64,000 bases of DNA. Origin: Pristiophorus japonicus. Lineage: Eukaryota. The stretch lies in the NCBI RefSeq assembly GCF_044704955.1, contig NC_091998.1, positions 4,340,001 to 4,404,000 on the forward strand. The letters run 5' to 3'. Numbering within the stretch: the stretch's first letter is position 1; each line of letters begins with the position of its first letter. Below are positions 61,925-64,000 of the stretch, piece by piece. The notes below the pieces were generated by a model that made no database searches, was not told the origin of the DNA, and was given only the letters and a program-made list of their open reading frames with translations. The position numbers were made by a program, and so were the translations under genes.

Positions 61925-64000
61925 TCGCATTTACAGTGTTTGCCGAAGTTCGGTTCTTCATCGATATTTGCTTTAAACTCCTGTCCGTCGTCATACATGA
62001 TTGAGCGATCTGGATGGCCCTTTTTAAATCCAACTCCTCCACCGCCAGAAGTTTGCGCAGAATCACCTCGTGGTTGATACCGATAACAAAGAAATCCCAC
62101 AGCATGTCTGCCAACACTGTCCCGAATTTGCGCGGTCCCGCTAGACGTCTCAGGTCTCAGGTCGGCAACGAATTCCGCCGCGCTCTGGCCCTCCGACCGA
62201 ACGTGTGTATAAAAGCTGTATCTCGAGATGATGATGCCGTCGTCTGGCTTGAGGTGCTCCCGTACCAATGTACACAACTCCTCGTACGTTTTCTCTGTTG
62301 GATCACTAGGCATGAGTAGATTCTTTATCAGACCGTAGATCTTTGAACCGCACACAGTGAGGAACACGGCCCGGTGTCGATCTGCATCGTCGACCCCCTT
62401 CATTTTGTTGGCCACGAAATACTGGTTCAAATGGCTCACAATGTCTGCCCAATCTTCTCCCTCCACAAATCGCTCTAAAAATCCAATCATGCTCATTTTG
62501 CAAACAAAGGTTTTTGTATTCGCGTCGCCAAATGTTATGTATTTGTTTAACTGAACAAAGTACAACCTTGGCTCTGCTTTATTACGGCCCAAAGTGCCTG
62601 ACTCACAAAATGGCTGGCCTTTTATACCAGAGCAGCACCATGTGCGTGCTGCTCAGTGGCCTCCAACAATGACACCATCTGGTGGCTACAAACAGCATGT
62701 ACATACATGACAGTCTCCCAAATAGGCTGAATAGGAATCTAGAATTGCAATGTTACTAGAACCAGATTATGTACCTACTTGATACAGAATATATGCTTTC
62801 ATTGTTCAATATATTGGCCTATGTTTTCATACTCAGAATCAGAATCATATATGTAATGTAATGAACATGAACAAACAGAACTTTCGGCCCATTTGGACCA
62901 GTTTGCCGCAGGCCTATCAGGCCCTTAATCCGGCCCTGCTGAAAGGTGAGGGTAAAGTCTGACTCACGGGGCTTGCAGCAAGATGCCTCGCTCCAGCAAA
63001 TTCTGGGCCCAGGTCAGGAATTCCCAAATATCAATAAAGTTTATTGTAACTTAATGCAGGAAGAAAAGCTCCTTTCAAGTGATGACACTTCTGGTTGAAT
63101 TTTCTTTTGCCTACGGTGTTCGATCCCTGGCAGCAGGTAATTGTCAGGAGTGGCTGGGACCATTAAAACTGAGCTGCAATGATTCAGAACATGGTCTCAG
63201 TGCAACAGGGGATGTTTAAATCCCTGCTGATTCTTACTAACAAGTGTGGACGCACAGACACTGAGTATAAAATACCAAACTGACCATTTGAAGTGCAGAT
63301 GGTTGACGTGTAGGCTGACTAACTGTCCTTTCTAAAAACATAAACTGACGGCTGTAACCCAGGTCTCTGGTTTCACAAATCACTTCTAGTTTACGTTTCT
63401 TACACAAGTGCAAATATTTGACACATTTGGCCTCTGATTGGCCCCAATGTATAACTGGAGTGTAATTTATAAACTATGCACGATTAAGTCAAACAAATGC
63501 AAAAAAAATCCACAAGAAACAATGTTTTGCAATGCAGGTTTATACAAAAGAGTTACAGAAAACCACTAGCTTTCAAAATGAACTCTGGCAAACCAAACAC
63601 ATGATTAAAGGATAACAGTGCACTGACAAGGTTTATAACAGTTGCTCTCCCTAAGATATATCATTTGAACTGCTTCTATTTGCAATGTACAACTGAGGTT
63701 AACTCACTGTTGAAATTCCATTCATTTCAATCTATTTTGAATAATTTTGTCAAGCTTAGAAGTTCCAGTGAAGCTGTTGACAGCTCGAAGTGTAGGTCAG
63801 TGACAGCACTGTTAGACTAGATACATACCCGGCATTTCCAAATTCAATAATCTTTACTTGTGTGAAATGCCGTTGGCTTCTCAGGAGAAATGGACAATGG
63901 CTGCACTCCCTAAAACTTGTGCTAAATATTAGCACCTGAACTAAATTCAACAACTCCGGGTGCTGTGAGCACAAACTGCAATAAACTTTGGTTTAAACTG

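Larger units (their letters stand above)
48611..62712 (-). mobile_element. Outer Gypsy element A (Mag/K02A2.6-like) hosting two nested Gypsy elements
   Basis: LTRs at 48611-48769 and 62533-62712, TSD GCCTC/GTCTC, PBS TGGCGACGCG (62530-62521) and PPT at 48770-48780. gag starts at 62496, protease lies at about 61700-61263, RT/RNase H at 58138-56509 and integrase at 49892-48801. Confidence 0.92.

Overview
This is a eukaryotic (vertebrate) window, most likely from a cartilaginous fish. That assignment is inferred from tRNA/Deu-domain SINEs of the SacSINE1 type with L2-like tails, abundant CR1 LINEs and Mag/K02A2.6-like Gypsy elements. No intact host protein-coding gene is recognisable, and the window is mostly layered transposable elements. 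These are: many CR1 fragments; RTE, L2 and Vingi 3' ends; a full-length but decayed two-gene Harbinger (DDE transposase plus a convergent spliced Myb/SANT gene); four Gypsy LTR elements primed by tRNA-Ser(GCT), three of them nested in one 14-kb block; three solo LTRs; MITEs; and two minisatellites. The most unusual structure is the Gypsy element at 25542-30568. Its 5' end reads LTR - copy of its own 3' flank - R-U5, and the junction falls on the predicted transcription start, which suggests reverse-transcription-mediated capture of 3' flanking DNA written back into the parent locus. Also notable are a compact gag-protease-only LTR element, a CR1 carrying an inverted tail-less foreign CR1 segment, and a perfect templated hairpin. 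All coordinates were read by eye, and family names are by recognition rather than database search.
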